This document shows, one piece after another, positions 51,210 to 62,081 of a stretch of 64,000 nt of DNA. Where the stretch lies: contig OZ239982.1 in assembly GCA_965197005.1 (NCBI GenBank), forward strand, positions 1,456,322 to 1,520,321, written 5' to 3'. The notes beneath the pieces were generated by a model. The model was not told the origin of the DNA. It ran no database searches and saw only the letters and a list, made by a program, of their open reading frames with translations. The first letter of the stretch is position 1. The number at the start of each line of letters is the position of its first letter. Both the position numbers and the translations under genes were made by a program. This DNA is from Pseudomonadales bacterium. Lineage in GTDB: Bacteria > Pseudomonadota > Gammaproteobacteria > Pseudomonadales > Oceanobacteraceae.

Positions 51210-52049
51210 CTATGGTTGTTTTTTGCGCTTGGATAAAAACTCATAAACATAAAATAAAGGACCAGATAGCGCATAGCCTAAAAAGATGATTAATAAAACA
51301 CTTGCAGGATCTAAAGAGACGATAACAAATACCATCATTACCGCAATAAGTGCAATAAAAGGAACCTTGCCTGTAATATCAAGCCCTTTAAAGCTGTGAT
51401 ATTTCACATTACTTACCATCAGCAAACCTGCGGCGGGTACAATAATTGCCATTAACCAATTCACATCTACCCCTGCTAATTGCATTTCGGTAAATATCCA
51501 GACCGTGCCTGCTACTAAAGCGGCGGCAGCTGGGCTTGGCAAACCAATAAAAAAGCGTTTGTCTGCATGGGCTATTTGCGTGTTAAAACGAGCCAAGCGC
51601 AAGGCGGCACCTGCCACATAAACAAAGGCGGCCACCCAGCCTATTTTACCCAAACCCTGTAATGACCAACTAAATGCGACTAACGCTGGGGCAATACCAA
51701 AAGAGACCATATCAGATAAACTGTCGTATTCAGCGCCAAAGTCTGTTTGAGTATTGGTTAGTCTTGCTACTCGTCCATCTAGCCCATCTAATAACATTGC
51801 CAAAAAAATAGCTACGGCAGCATTGATATAATCGCCATTCATACTGGCAATAACGGCATAAAAGCCTGAAAAAAGCGCACCTGTGGTAAATAAGTTGGGC
51901 AATAGATAAATACCTTTACCGCCAGGGTGTTTGAGTTTTTTCTTAGTTTCTTCAGCGGCTTCTTTATTTAAGCTAGAAGCGATGTCTGACTTATTATCAG
52001 AACTATCTGGCTGCATATCATTCTCCAATATAAAGTTGTTGAGCTGCAT
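51210..52049 (-). CDS. pssA: CDP-diacylglycerol--serine O-phosphatidyltransferase
   Basis: 279 aa with the CDP-alcohol phosphatidyltransferase motif DGLDGRVARLTNTQTDFGAEYDSLSD. The start may be Met12. Confidence 0.8.
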   Translation of the reverse strand: MQLNNFILENDMQPDSSDNKSDIASSLNKEAAEETKKKLKHPGGKGIYLLPNLFTTGALFSGFYAVIASMNGDYINAAVAIFLAMLLDGLDGRVARLTNTQTDFGAEYDSLSDMVSFGIAPALVAFSWSLQGLGKIGWVAAFVYVAGAALRLARFNTQIAHADKRFFIGLPSPAAAALVAGTVWIFTEMQLAGVDVNWLMAIIVPAAGLLMVSNVKYHSFKGLDITGKVPFIALIAVMMVFVIVSLDPASVLLIIFLGYALSGPLFYVYEFLSKRKKQP

Positions 52050-52157
52050 TCTAATCTGCTAAGCAATAAATTTACAGTCTATTTTAATAACGATGATTTA
52101 CCTCTAGGCATAATTCCCCTACTATATGTGCTTTTAATTTAATCGTAGGAGATAAGC

Positions 52158-53642
52158 ATGGGAAATTACTTTAACTCATTAAACTTGCGTGAGCAGCTAG
52201 ATCAGCTTGGGCGTTGTCGGTTTATGGATAAAGATGAGTTTATTAATGAGGCCGAATATCTAAAAGGCAAAAAGGTCGTGATTGTCGGCTGTGGCGCACA
52301 GGGTTTAAACCAAGGCATGAATATGCGTGATTCTGGTTTAGATATTTCTTATGCTTTGCGTGAGAGTGCCATTAGTGAGCAACGTCAATCTTGGAAAAAC
52401 GCCACCGAAAACAGCTTTAATGTAGGCACCTATGAAGCACTTATCCCCACCGCCGACCTTGTTGTTAACCTTACCCCTGACAAACAGCATTCACAGGTTG
52501 TACAAGCGGTCATGCCTCTTATGAAACAAGGTGCATGCTTAGGTTATAGTCATGGTTTTAATATTGTTGAAGAGGGTATGCAAATTCGTGATGACCTTAC
52601 TGTTATTATGGTTGCCCCTAAGTGCCCTGGTTCTGAGGTGCGTGAAGAATACAAACGTGGTTTTGGTGTGCCTACCTTAATTGCAGTACACCCTGAAAAT
52701 GACCCTAACGAAGATGGTATCGATATTGCAAAAGCATGGGCGGCGGCAACAGGTGGTCATCGTGCTGGCGTATTGGAATCTTCTTTTGTTGCCGAAGTAA
52801 AATCAGATTTAATGGGCGAGCAAACCATTTTATGCGGCATGTTACAAACTGGCTCTATTTTAGCTTTTGAAAAAATGGTTGAAGGCGGCATTAGTGAAGA
52901 TTATGCAGCCAAACTGATTCAATACGGTTGGGAAACTGTGACTGAAGCACTTAAAATGGGCGGCATTACCAATATGATGGATCGCTTGAGCAACCCTGCT
53001 AAATTGGTTGCTTTTGATATGGCAGAAGAACTTAAAGACCTTTTGCGTCCTTTGTTTCGCAAGCACCAAGATGACATCATCAGTGGCGAGTTTTCACGCA
53101 CCATGATGGAAGATTGGAATAATAATGATAAAAACCTACTCACATGGCGTGAACAAACTGCAGAAACAGGTTTTGAAAAAGCACAATCTGGCGAAATGGA
53201 AATCAGCGAGCAAGATTATTTCGACAAAGGTATTTTCTTTGTTGCAATGGTTAAATCTGGCGTTGAGTTGGCATTTGAAACCATGGTTGAAAGTGGGATT
53301 ATTGAAGAATCTGCTTACTATGAATCCTTACATGAGACCCCTTTAATTGCCAACACCATTGCACGTAAAAAACTGTATGAAATGAACGTGGTTATCTCTG
53401 ATACTGCAGAATATGGCAACTACCTATTCTCGCATGCTGCCGTCCCTTTATTGCGTGAAAAACTCATGCCACATATTCAAACTGACGTAATTGGTAAAGG
53501 CTTAGAGCTAGAAAACAACTCTGTAGATAACCAGCAATTAGTTATGGTTAATGAATCCATAAGAAACCACCCTGTGGAATGGATTGGACAAGAACTGCGT
53601 GGCTATATGACCGATATGCAGCGTATTGTAGAAAACGCTTAA
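52158..53642 (+). CDS. ilvC: Ketol-acid reductoisomerase, class II
   Basis: 494 aa with N-terminus [14 protein letters not shown] and the NADPH motif [11 protein letters not shown], as in E. coli IlvC. Confidence 0.95.
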   Translation: MGNYFNSLNLREQLDQLGRCRFMDKDEFINEAEYLKGKKVVIVGCGAQGLNQGMNMRDSGLDISYALRESAISEQRQSWKNATENSFNVGTYEALIPTADLVVNLTPDKQHSQVVQAVMPLMKQGACLGYSHGFNIVEEGMQIRDDLTVIMVAPKCPGSEVREEYKRGFGVPTLIAVHPENDPNEDGIDIAKAWAAATGGHRAGVLESSFVAEVKSDLMGEQTILCGMLQTGSILAFEKMVEGGISEDYAAKLIQYGWETVTEALKMGGITNMMDRLSNPAKLVAFDMAEELKDLLRPLFRKHQDDIISGEFSRTMMEDWNNNDKNLLTWREQTAETGFEKAQSGEMEISEQDYFDKGIFFVAMVKSGVELAFETMVESGIIEESAYYESLHETPLIANTIARKKLYEMNVVISDTAEYGNYLFSHAAVPLLREKLMPHIQTDVIGKGLELENNSVDNQQLVMVNESIRNHPVEWIGQELRGYMTDMQRIVENA

Positions 53643-53663
53643 CCTATCTATCTACAAACAAAA

Positions 53664-53690
53664 ACAGCCCTCGCTAGGGCTGTTTTTTTA
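53664..53690 (+). terminator. Intrinsic terminator of ilvC
   Basis: ACAGCCCT-CGCT-AGGGCTGT hairpin followed by T7. A-run upstream, so it may work in both directions. Confidence 0.8.
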
Positions 53691-53736
53691 TGCAAGCGAC
53701 AATCAAAGTTACCGCCTTAAATCTTAAATTATCTCT

Positions 53737-55305
53737 TTATTTTTCGCAGATAAATGATTTTTTATATGTCGTGGGATAATAGATATTTACTGTCCATGTG
53801 GATTTTAGTAGTCTGCCATTATCAAGATTATAATCCTCTGCCTTTAACTTTAACGCCGTAGCCAAAGCACTTAAATCCTCACCATTTGATACTTTAATCA
53901 CATGAGCACCTTTACCTTGGCAATAGGGTTTTGCTTCTGACAGTTTTTTCTTCTCGTACACCACCAAATATTGCTTTCCATTATAATTTTGCCAAGTTTC
54001 AGTACCGCCTGTTGAGCCGCCACCTGAGCTAGATTGCTTTTTGCAGATAGGGCGAGCGGAACTAGGAAAACCATACGACTTAACTTTCCAACCACCATAG
54101 CTAGAGCCTGCATCGTATAAAAATCGTATATATTTATCATACTGCTCAACCCAATATTGTTGACTGGAGTCAAATTTTAATGTTGTTGCAAGTGTATTGT
54201 ATGGCTTTAAAGAGTCTGCATCAGCCAGACTACCGCCTGCAGCCGTACAAGCTGTTTTAGCGTTATCTTGACTGCTTCCAGCAGAGAGTATTTTATATTC
54301 GCTTCCGTTATAACTAACCCAACCGCCTGAAGCAGATGTTTTTTTCGTAAATGCCTTATTATTTTTCAGCACCTTACCTGCTTGGTTGACATTTGCTTGC
54401 TCTTTCACTCGCAGTTCAAGGTCGCCCACAGCTAATGCAATATTGCCAACTTCCAATGGTTTTTTGGGTACTTCTGTCCAGTTTTTATCCCCTGCTTTTT
54501 TATATTCATACTGGTTTGGATTGGTATAGCCTGATACATAGGTCCAATCAAAGGTGTTTTTAGTATCATCAACCACAGGAGCAGTTGCCGCAGCAGGAGT
54601 TGGCAATATGCTGGTAAACGCCTTATGGTTGCTCAGCACCTTACCTGCTGTATTTTGCTTAGGCTTGGCTTTAACACGCAGTTGCAATGCGTCTTTTGCA
54701 ATATTTTGATTACCCACAGACAATGGTTTTTTATCTACCTCAAGCCAACTTTTAGCATTGCCAATGCGATATTCATAGTCTCTTACATCTACATAGCCTG
54801 TTACATTAGTCCAGTCAAAGGTATCATTGGCATCGTCAACCTGTGAGCCAGTAGGCGCAGCGGGGGTAGGCAATGTACTGGTAAATGCTGTATCACTTTT
54901 TAGTATGTTACCTGCATTATGTTTACCTGCTTGGGCTTTAACACGCACCTGTACAGCACCAGCAGCTAACGCCACATCGCCAATGCTCACAGGATTATCC
55001 CCCGCTACAGTCCAGTTAACACCGTTATCTACAGAATATTCATAATCCGAAGCTAAGGGGTAAGAGGCTAATGCCGTCCAGCCAAAGGTATTGCTACTGT
55101 CATCAACCTGTGGGTTACTAGGTGCTGCTGGTGTGATCAGCGGCTTAGGTTGCGTTGTTGGCACAATACTACTGCCGTTATTGGTGCTTGGTGCACTTAG
55201 TGTTGGGGTATCATCATTGCTGCTGCCACCGCCACAAGCAGAGAGCAAACCAGCAATAAGCAGCACATAAAGGGGCTTGCCTAATTGAGATTGTTGCATA
55301 GTCAT
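53737..55305 (-). CDS. Surface lipoprotein with three ~90-aa repeat modules and two C-terminal C-type-lectin-like modules
   Basis: 522 aa with a lipobox (LLSAC/GGGS). The module pattern DDxNDTFDWT..YEY..W...VGN....L.LRVKA....AGKVL occurs three times. The C-terminal modules have the pattern W..YNG..Y......A...C...G..L plus terminal Cys residues. Confidence 0.7.
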   Translation of the reverse strand: MTMQQSQLGKPLYVLLIAGLLSACGGGSSNDDTPTLSAPSTNNGSSIVPTTQPKPLITPAAPSNPQVDDSSNTFGWTALASYPLASDYEYSVDNGVNWTVAGDNPVSIGDVALAAGAVQVRVKAQAGKHNAGNILKSDTAFTSTLPTPAAPTGSQVDDANDTFDWTNVTGYVDVRDYEYRIGNAKSWLEVDKKPLSVGNQNIAKDALQLRVKAKPKQNTAGKVLSNHKAFTSILPTPAAATAPVVDDTKNTFDWTYVSGYTNPNQYEYKKAGDKNWTEVPKKPLEVGNIALAVGDLELRVKEQANVNQAGKVLKNNKAFTKKTSASGGWVSYNGSEYKILSAGSSQDNAKTACTAAGGSLADADSLKPYNTLATTLKFDSSQQYWVEQYDKYIRFLYDAGSSYGGWKVKSYGFPSSARPICKKQSSSGGGSTGGTETWQNYNGKQYLVVYEKKKLSEAKPYCQGKGAHVIKVSNGEDLSALATALKLKAEDYNLDNGRLLKSTWTVNIYYPTTYKKSFICEK

Positions 55306-55493
55306 TCCTGTAATAAAAAATTTGAGTTAAAAGACAAACAAAACGAATGATTATAAAATAAAAATCATACGCAGTTACTTATTTGAACGGATTATTATAT
55401 ATAATAACCTATTAATACAATACAGCATATTATGAAATACAATTTTTCATAAAAAGAAACTTTCTTAGATTAACTTGGCAAATAACGCTTATA

Positions 55494-55519
55494 TATAAAA
55501 AAGGCGGGAAAAACCCGCC
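55494..55519 (-). terminator. Intrinsic terminator of the second lipoprotein gene
   Basis: GGCGGG-AAAAA-CCCGCC hairpin with a T-run on the minus strand. Confidence 0.75.
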
Positions 55520-55526
55520 TGTTAGT

Positions 55527-56621
55527 TTATTTTTTTTCTGCTACACATATACGTTCAGGGTCATTATAATGAAACCAATATTTAGAAAAACCATCACGAT
55601 ATAGCGTATAACGATTAGAACCCCAATGTCCGCCTAGCCAATAACGCTTATTTTTATTTATATTAAAGTACTTAGAAAAATGTGCTCTCCATGTTGGATT
55701 TTTTATGTTTTTTCCATCATAAGGCAATAATTTTCCAGAAAGTGCACAATGGTTATTTGCCCAATACCAAAGACTCCCACCATCATTGCTAACTTTGTAG
55801 CATTTTCCATCTCCGCCCTCTGCTTTTTTGTATTCTTTATGATCTTTTGGGCATGTTAATGGTTTAATGGGTGCTTCAACCTCTCCCTTTCCACCTTTAA
55901 ACGCCTTATCATTGCTCAGCACCTTACCTGCTGTATTTTGCTTAGGTTTGGCTTTAACACGCAGTTGCAATGCGTCTTTTGCAATATTTTGATTACCCAC
56001 AGACAATGGTTTTTTATCTACCTCAAGCCAATTTTTAGCATTACCAATGCGATATTCATAGTCTCTTACATCTGCATAGCCTGTTGCATTAGTCCAGTCA
56101 AAGGTATCATTAGCATCGTCAACCTTTGAGCCAGTAGGCGCGGCGGGGGTAGGCAATGTACTGGTAAATGCTTGATTACTTTTTAGTATGTTACCTGCAT
56201 TATGTTTACCTGCTTGGGCTTTAACACGCACCTGTACAGCACCAGCAGGTAACACCACATCGCCAATACTCACAGGATTATCCCCCGCTACAGTCCAGTT
56301 AACACCGTTATCTACAGAATATTCATAATCCGAAGCTAAGGGGTAAGAGGCTAATGCCGTCCAACCAAAGGTGTCATTGACATCGTCAACCTGTGTGTTA
56401 CTAGGTGCTGCTGGCGTGATCAGCGGCTTAGGTTGCGTTGCTGCTGGCGTGATCAGCGGCTTAGGTTGCGTTGTTGGCACAATGCTACTGCCGTTATTGG
56501 TGCTTGGTGCACTTAGTGTTGGGGTATCATCATTGCTGCTACCACCGCCACAAGCAGAGAGTAAACCAGCAATAAGCAGCGCATAAAGGGGCTTGCCTAA
56601 TTGAGATTGTTGCATAGTCAT
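55527..56621 (-). CDS. Paralogous surface lipoprotein with two repeat modules and a different Cys-containing C-terminal domain
   Basis: 364 aa. The first ~235 aa are nearly identical to the neighbour apart from an 11-aa duplication (TQPKPLITPAA). The C-terminus (GKCYKVSNDGGSLWYWANNHC...YWLGGHWG...ICVAEKK) is unrelated to the neighbour's. Confidence 0.7.
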   Translation of the reverse strand: MTMQQSQLGKPLYALLIAGLLSACGGGSSNDDTPTLSAPSTNNGSSIVPTTQPKPLITPAATQPKPLITPAAPSNTQVDDVNDTFGWTALASYPLASDYEYSVDNGVNWTVAGDNPVSIGDVVLPAGAVQVRVKAQAGKHNAGNILKSNQAFTSTLPTPAAPTGSKVDDANDTFDWTNATGYADVRDYEYRIGNAKNWLEVDKKPLSVGNQNIAKDALQLRVKAKPKQNTAGKVLSNDKAFKGGKGEVEAPIKPLTCPKDHKEYKKAEGGDGKCYKVSNDGGSLWYWANNHCALSGKLLPYDGKNIKNPTWRAHFSKYFNINKNKRYWLGGHWGSNRYTLYRDGFSKYWFHYNDPERICVAEKK

Positions 56622-57031
56622 TCCTGTAATAAAAAATTTGAGTTAAAAGGCAAATAGGACAAGTGATTAAAACGATAAACATACGCAATCGCCTATTTGG
56701 AGTGGACATTGTATGCAAAAAATAAATCATTTTGTATATCTTTTAAAAAAATGCAATGTTTCGCAAAAAGAAACTTACTTAGATTAACTTAGTATTTTAA
56801 ATCCCTGCTTTGCCCTGCTTGCTTTAATTTCTGCGCTTTAAATTGCCGTATTATGCCGCCCACAAAGACATAACAATAAAATCCTGACCAAAGTAATATT
56901 GTCTCAGTAGTACAAATAAATATTTAATACACCAAAGCAAGAAAAAGATAACAATACAATCAACAAACAATATAAGCATTTATCTAAAACCAGCGACAAC
57001 ATTTGTCGTAACATGTTATATACTGTTTGTC

Positions 57032-57736
57032 ATGAGGTGTTGGCTACAGGTTAGAGGTGAAAAAAACATTATTATGACGTTACTTGCCGCAGAGCTAAAA
57101 AAACAACATGCTGCAAAATCTAAGCAGTTGCAAGACGCACAAAATTTACGCTTGCATCGGGCTATCAGTTGGTTGCAGGCGGCGGAGGAATGCCCTCATA
57201 TTGATGGTCAGTTTGTGTTTTTATGGGTGGCGTTTAATGCCGCTTATGCAACAGAGGTAGAAAGTGGTAAAAATACAGAGAGCAAACGCTTTAGACGCTA
57301 TTTAAAACGGATTATTACGCTGGATAAACAGGGGCAAATTTATACCTTGCTGTGGGAGCATTATTCTGGGGCAATTCGGTTATTGCTGGATAATCAGTAT
57401 GTATTTCAGCCGTATTGGGATTGGGCAAATTCTAAACCGCAAGCTGGTTCAGGTTTACATTGGCAGGACGAGTTTAAACAGGCAAAAGCTCGTAGTCATA
57501 AGGCGTTGGCAAATAAGGATGTGAGTATGGTATTGACGATTCTTTTTACCCGTTTATATACGTTACGTAATCAGTTAATTCATGGTGGCGCTACGTTTAA
57601 TAGTAGTGCTAATAGAGCACAGGTTAATGATGCTTGCCAGATTATGGGGGAGCTTGTGCCGCTTATTTTACAGCTTATGTTAAATAGCTCGAAAGAACTT
57701 TGGGCTAATCCTATTTATCCTTTTATATCTGAGTAA
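57032..57736 (+). CDS. Hypothetical protein with an Rx4H (HEPN-like) motif
   Basis: 234 aa, predicted all-helical, with the motif LRNQLIHGG near the C-terminal third. The start may be the ATG at 57074 (MTLLAAELKK). Confidence 0.5.
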   Translation: MRCWLQVRGEKNIIMTLLAAELKKQHAAKSKQLQDAQNLRLHRAISWLQAAEECPHIDGQFVFLWVAFNAAYATEVESGKNTESKRFRRYLKRIITLDKQGQIYTLLWEHYSGAIRLLLDNQYVFQPYWDWANSKPQAGSGLHWQDEFKQAKARSHKALANKDVSMVLTILFTRLYTLRNQLIHGGATFNSSANRAQVNDACQIMGELVPLILQLMLNSSKELWANPIYPFISE

Positions 57737-57890
57737 GGTAGAAGACGGCGTATTTTGGCAAGTCTCTGCTGCTGGCTATGCTGCTTGCGCTAGCTTGCCT
57801 ACCCTAATTAAGGAACAGGAGACTTGGCAGGCAGCAGGTGGTAAAAGCCTTGTTGAAAAAAGCTTAGTTATCTTGCGATAGCAGTAAATA

Positions 57891-57926
57891 AAGCCCCTTG
57901 CAATTTTGTGCATTGGGGCTTTTTTA
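57891..57926 (+). terminator. Candidate terminator between the HEPN-like gene and galE
   Basis: AAGCCCC...GGGGCTT stem (17-nt loop) followed by T6. Confidence 0.4.
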
Positions 57927-57944
57927 TGGGTTTGTGTGGTTGTT

Positions 57945-58988
57945 TTATGAATGAAAGCCTGTGGGGTTTTTCTGTTGCCAACGCCAACTGTCTTGCACCA
58001 TCTCTTTTAAGGTTTTTTCTGCTTTAAAGTTTAGTAGGGCTTGTGCTTTGCTAACGTCGGCATAGCAACTGGCAACATCTCCTGCTCGTTTAGGGGCTAT
58101 TTGGTAGGCGACTTTAACTTGATTATATTGCATAAATCCTGTTACCAGTTGCAGTACACTAATGCCTGTGCCTGTGCCTAAATTAATGGCTTCTACTCCT
58201 TGTATGGGATTGCGTCCAAGCAGATTATTAATTGCTTGTAGGTGTCCGTTGGCTAAGTCTGTTACATGAATGTAGTCACGTACGCCTGTGCCATCTATGG
58301 TGGGGTAATCGTTACCAAAAATGCTTAATTTGGGTAATTTACCAATGGCAACTTGGGTAATATAGGGCATTAGGTTGTTGGGGGTGCCTGTTGGGTCTTC
58401 TCCTATGTTGCCGCTAGTATGTGCGCCAACGGGGTTAAAATAGCGTAATAAAATAATTTGCCAAGGGCATTCACTTTGATTGAGTGCGTCGGCTTGTGGT
58501 AAGTCTCCTAGCATTTGTTCAATGATTAGTTTGGAGCGTCCGTATGGGTTGGTTGCTGACAGTGGCATGTCTTCGGTTAAAGGCAGTGTGTTAGGTTCGC
58601 CATATACGGTAGCCGAGGAGCTAAAGACCAATTTTTTAACGCTAAACTCCTGCATAACCTGTGCTAAAGTAAGGGTTGATTGTATGTTGTTGTCATAGTA
58701 AGACAGGGGCATATAGCAAGATTCGCCTACGGCTTTTAAGCCTGCAAAATGAATAACCGCATGCAGGTTGTATTGCTTAAAGACCGTTCTAAGCAGTGTT
58801 TTATCTCGCACATCGCCTTGTATAAAGGTGAGGCTTTTGCCAGTAATGCGCTGTACTTGCTGTAGGGATTTTTGTGAGCTATTAAGCAGATTATCAATAA
58901 CCACCACCTGATAACCTGAGTTTAAGAGTGCCACGCAGGTATGTGAGCCAATAAACCCTGCACCTCCTGTTACTAAAATGGTCTGCAT
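57945..58988 (-). CDS. galE: UDP-glucose 4-epimerase
   Basis: 347 aa with VTGGAGFIGSH and the YxxxK motif (PYGRSK). GalE-like throughout. Confidence 0.9.
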   Translation of the reverse strand: MQTILVTGGAGFIGSHTCVALLNSGYQVVVIDNLLNSSQKSLQQVQRITGKSLTFIQGDVRDKTLLRTVFKQYNLHAVIHFAGLKAVGESCYMPLSYYDNNIQSTLTLAQVMQEFSVKKLVFSSSATVYGEPNTLPLTEDMPLSATNPYGRSKLIIEQMLGDLPQADALNQSECPWQIILLRYFNPVGAHTSGNIGEDPTGTPNNLMPYITQVAIGKLPKLSIFGNDYPTIDGTGVRDYIHVTDLANGHLQAINNLLGRNPIQGVEAINLGTGTGISVLQLVTGFMQYNQVKVAYQIAPKRAGDVASCYADVSKAQALLNFKAEKTLKEMVQDSWRWQQKNPTGFHS

Positions 58989-59023
58989 TTTTCCTCCTTA
59001 ATAAATAGCTAGCATGGCGGCTT

Positions 59024-59605
59024 TTAGTCTTTGGCAATACGACTGAAAACGGCCCCTTGTTGTCCTTTGTATTTGGCATCGCTGCGTTTGTTGTAGGGTA
59101 ATTGTGCAGGGCTTGAGAGCATTTCAAAGGAAATGGCACAAATACTCATACCAGGGCGAAGAGCCAGCGGTAGTTTACCGTTATTATAAAATTCCAATAC
59201 AATCTGCCCTTGCCAGCCGGGATCTACTCGCCCTGCTGTTACATGTACCATTAAGCCTAAGCGGGCTAAAGAGCTGCGCCCATCAAGCCAACCTACTAGG
59301 TCATCGGGTACGCTGACCGATTCATAGGTTGCACCTAAAATCAGCTCACCTGGATGAATAAATAAGGCATCGTCATCGCTGATGCTGATTTCTTTACTCA
59401 TAATGCGATTAATGTCTTGCTCTAGCTGTTGTTTATCGCCAGATAGGTCTAGGTGTGTGACTGAGTTATTGCTAAATACACGAAAGCGGTGATCAAGGCG
59501 CAAATCCACGCTAATGCCTGCAATTGCACTGTCTTTTACATTGGGGGAAATGACAATTTTACCTTCTGTCATCTGTTGTTTAATATCTATATCGGATAAG
59601 CGCAT
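59024..59605 (-). CDS. dcd: dCTP deaminase
   Basis: 193 aa, the same length as E. coli Dcd and with a similar N-terminus (MRLSDIDI...). Confidence 0.9.
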   Translation of the reverse strand: MRLSDIDIKQQMTEGKIVISPNVKDSAIAGISVDLRLDHRFRVFSNNSVTHLDLSGDKQQLEQDINRIMSKEISISDDDALFIHPGELILGATYESVSVPDDLVGWLDGRSSLARLGLMVHVTAGRVDPGWQGQIVLEFYNNGKLPLALRPGMSICAISFEMLSSPAQLPYNKRSDAKYKGQQGAVFSRIAKD

Positions 59606-59790
59606 AAGTCACCTCAAAAAGAGCGTGCAGTATAACCTGTGCTGGCAATGCAAACCAGTGGCGTTGAACAACTTCAAAAGACATAAACACAAAATATTAC
59701 AAAACACATTAAAAAAACACCAATTAATGCTAGATTTTAAAAATAACAATCGTTTATTATTGGCGCATACTGTTTATCGGATACAATTCA

Positions 59791-60051
59791 ATGGCACATT
59801 CTAAAATAGCTAACCTAAATACACCTTCTACGATAAATACATTGTCTGAGAAGTCTGCTGCTAAAAAAGTGCAAACAAATAAAACAGCTGCACAAAAAAT
59901 TGCCGCTAAAAAAATTGCAGATGAAGCCTTGGAAAAACAAACCCAGCAAACAACCAAACCCAAAGATAAACTGGCTGGTATGATTAAAATTTCTGCTCAA
60001 TCTTTAGAAAAACTCCATGCACAAAGGCTTGCCAAAGAACTGCAAGAGTAA
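59791..60051 (+). CDS. Hypothetical Lys/Ala-rich small protein
   Basis: 86-aa ORF with low complexity (AAKKVQTNKTAAQKIAAKKIA). Weak RBS and no recognisable family. Confidence 0.3.
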   Translation: MAHSKIANLNTPSTINTLSEKSAAKKVQTNKTAAQKIAAKKIADEALEKQTQQTTKPKDKLAGMIKISAQSLEKLHAQRLAKELQE

Positions 60052-60226
60052 ATAGATGACTTTTATTAATGCTCAGTTGCCCATTTTTTAAAATAAATAC
60101 AGTAACTTGGCGTTAAACTATAACTGCCCTGTTGCTTTTTCTTGGGTATTCTCTGCTCTGTGTTGCTAAGTAAGTAAAGACGCTCCCTGTCTTAGTTAGT
60201 CTTATTGCTAATAACCTAGTTTTCAC

Positions 60227-61774
60227 CTAGCTTGCATCTACCCAAAAAGGGGCACGCAATTGATGTTTTAAAATTTTGTTGGTTGGCGATAAAGGCAGTG
60301 CGTCCATTAAAGAGATGGAATAAGGTCGTTTATAACCTGCTAAATTATCTTTTAGGTGTGCTGAAATCTCTTCATAGGTAGGTGCTTTGCCTGATTTTGG
60401 TTGAATAATCGCGTGTACGGCTTCGCCCCATTTTTCGTGAGGAATACCTACAACCGCAACCATTGCGACATCTGGGTGTAAAGAGATGGCACTTTCAACT
60501 TCGGAGGAATAAACATTCTCTCCTCCGGTAATAATCATATCTTTTTTACGATCTTTAATAAAAATAACGCCCATTTCATCTTTGTAGCCTAAGTCTCCTG
60601 AGCGTATGCCATCTCGCACCCGAGTTGTTGCTGTTTGCTCTGGCTTGTTATGGTAGTGGCTCATAATTGTTGGACCATAAATGACTATTTCTCCAATCTC
60701 TCCACGAGGTAATTCTTGTCCTTGTTCGTTTTCTATTAAGACCTGATTAATGGGTGTGGTAACCTGCCCTGCGGCACTAATGCGAGCCAATTTACCTTGA
60801 TGAAATTGTGGCGGTAAAAAGCAAAAAATACCTGCTTCTGTCATACCATACCCCTGCACCAGTTGAATATGCGGTAAACAGCTTTGAAGCTGCTTTAATA
60901 AACCTGCAGCAATGGGCGAAGAGCCATACAAAATACCTTTAACCTGAGCAAAGTCTTGTGCGTTAAACTGTTCATCATTAATCAGCATTTGTATCATTGT
61001 TGGTGCTAATGCCAGCTCATCAATCGTAAATTTTTTAACCGCCGTCATTAATAAGTCAGGACGAAACATCGGCACAATAAACTGTGTTGATTGTTGTAAA
61101 ATTCGTGAAAAGGTAATTAAGTAACCGGCAATATGAAAATAAGGAAAACAGCTTAAATAAACACCGTCTTTTTTGGGCATATTGCTTAGTGCACAAACTT
61201 CTGCACCTGCCATAATAGAGTGATGCGTATGCACTACACCTTTAGGTGACCCTGTTGTACCGCTGGTATAACAGATTAACGCTTCTTCGCTAGGGTCTCT
61301 GCTGAGGTTAAACTCTATAGGCTCTGCTATAAATTCAGATAAGTTCAAACCGTCAACCTCTGCTGCTTTAGCACCTAGGTAAATGATGTTCTGAATGCTG
61401 TTACTGGCAGCTAAAATAGGCGCAACCATTGGCGCAAAGGTATCATCAACCACCAGCACCTGTGAGTTAGAATCATCAATAGCAACCGCTAACTCGGAGG
61501 GAGTCCAGCGTAAATTAAGTGGTACTGCAACATGCCCTGCAAGCATAGTGGCGTACAGCATTTGCAAACTGTCTATACCATTTAACGCTAATAGTGCAAT
61601 TTTGCTTTTGTCGCCTAAATTAAGTGACTTAAAACCACCTGCCATTGCTCTTATTTGTTGCACCATGTCTTTAAACCCAACTTGGCGAGCTGACATATCT
61701 ATTAGTGCTGGATTACCATTATCGTTGGTTTCTGCAAAATCAAAAAGCTGGTCTATATTCATTGCGATGCTCAT
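60227..61774 (-). CDS. AMP-dependent acyl-CoA synthetase/ligase
   Basis: 515 aa with the AMP-binding motif YTSGTTGSPKG and the motifs GYGMTE and GDLG. Confidence 0.8.
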   Translation of the reverse strand: MSIAMNIDQLFDFAETNDNGNPALIDMSARQVGFKDMVQQIRAMAGGFKSLNLGDKSKIALLALNGIDSLQMLYATMLAGHVAVPLNLRWTPSELAVAIDDSNSQVLVVDDTFAPMVAPILAASNSIQNIIYLGAKAAEVDGLNLSEFIAEPIEFNLSRDPSEEALICYTSGTTGSPKGVVHTHHSIMAGAEVCALSNMPKKDGVYLSCFPYFHIAGYLITFSRILQQSTQFIVPMFRPDLLMTAVKKFTIDELALAPTMIQMLINDEQFNAQDFAQVKGILYGSSPIAAGLLKQLQSCLPHIQLVQGYGMTEAGIFCFLPPQFHQGKLARISAAGQVTTPINQVLIENEQGQELPRGEIGEIVIYGPTIMSHYHNKPEQTATTRVRDGIRSGDLGYKDEMGVIFIKDRKKDMIITGGENVYSSEVESAISLHPDVAMVAVVGIPHEKWGEAVHAIIQPKSGKAPTYEEISAHLKDNLAGYKRPYSISLMDALPLSPTNKILKHQLRAPFWVDAS

Positions 61775-62081
61775 ACATACTCCTTTTTTATTGTTTTATT
61801 TTGAGTTAAAAAAATTAAAATTCAACTGACTTTAATTGCCAAAGAACCTTAAAAATAAAGAAAAAACAATATACTACTTAATTTATTTGCATGCAAAGAA
61901 AATATCGCTTTTGGGCAATATAATTAAAATCTGCCGAGTATCAGCAAGCCCTTAATGTGTTTCTGCCCCTCTGCTTGCAGGCCTATTCTATACAGCTGGT
62001 TGCTCGTATATGTTGTACACAAGCATAAACTTTCTATCGCTAACATTTATATGGCGACATATAAATAGTAAAAATTATTAC

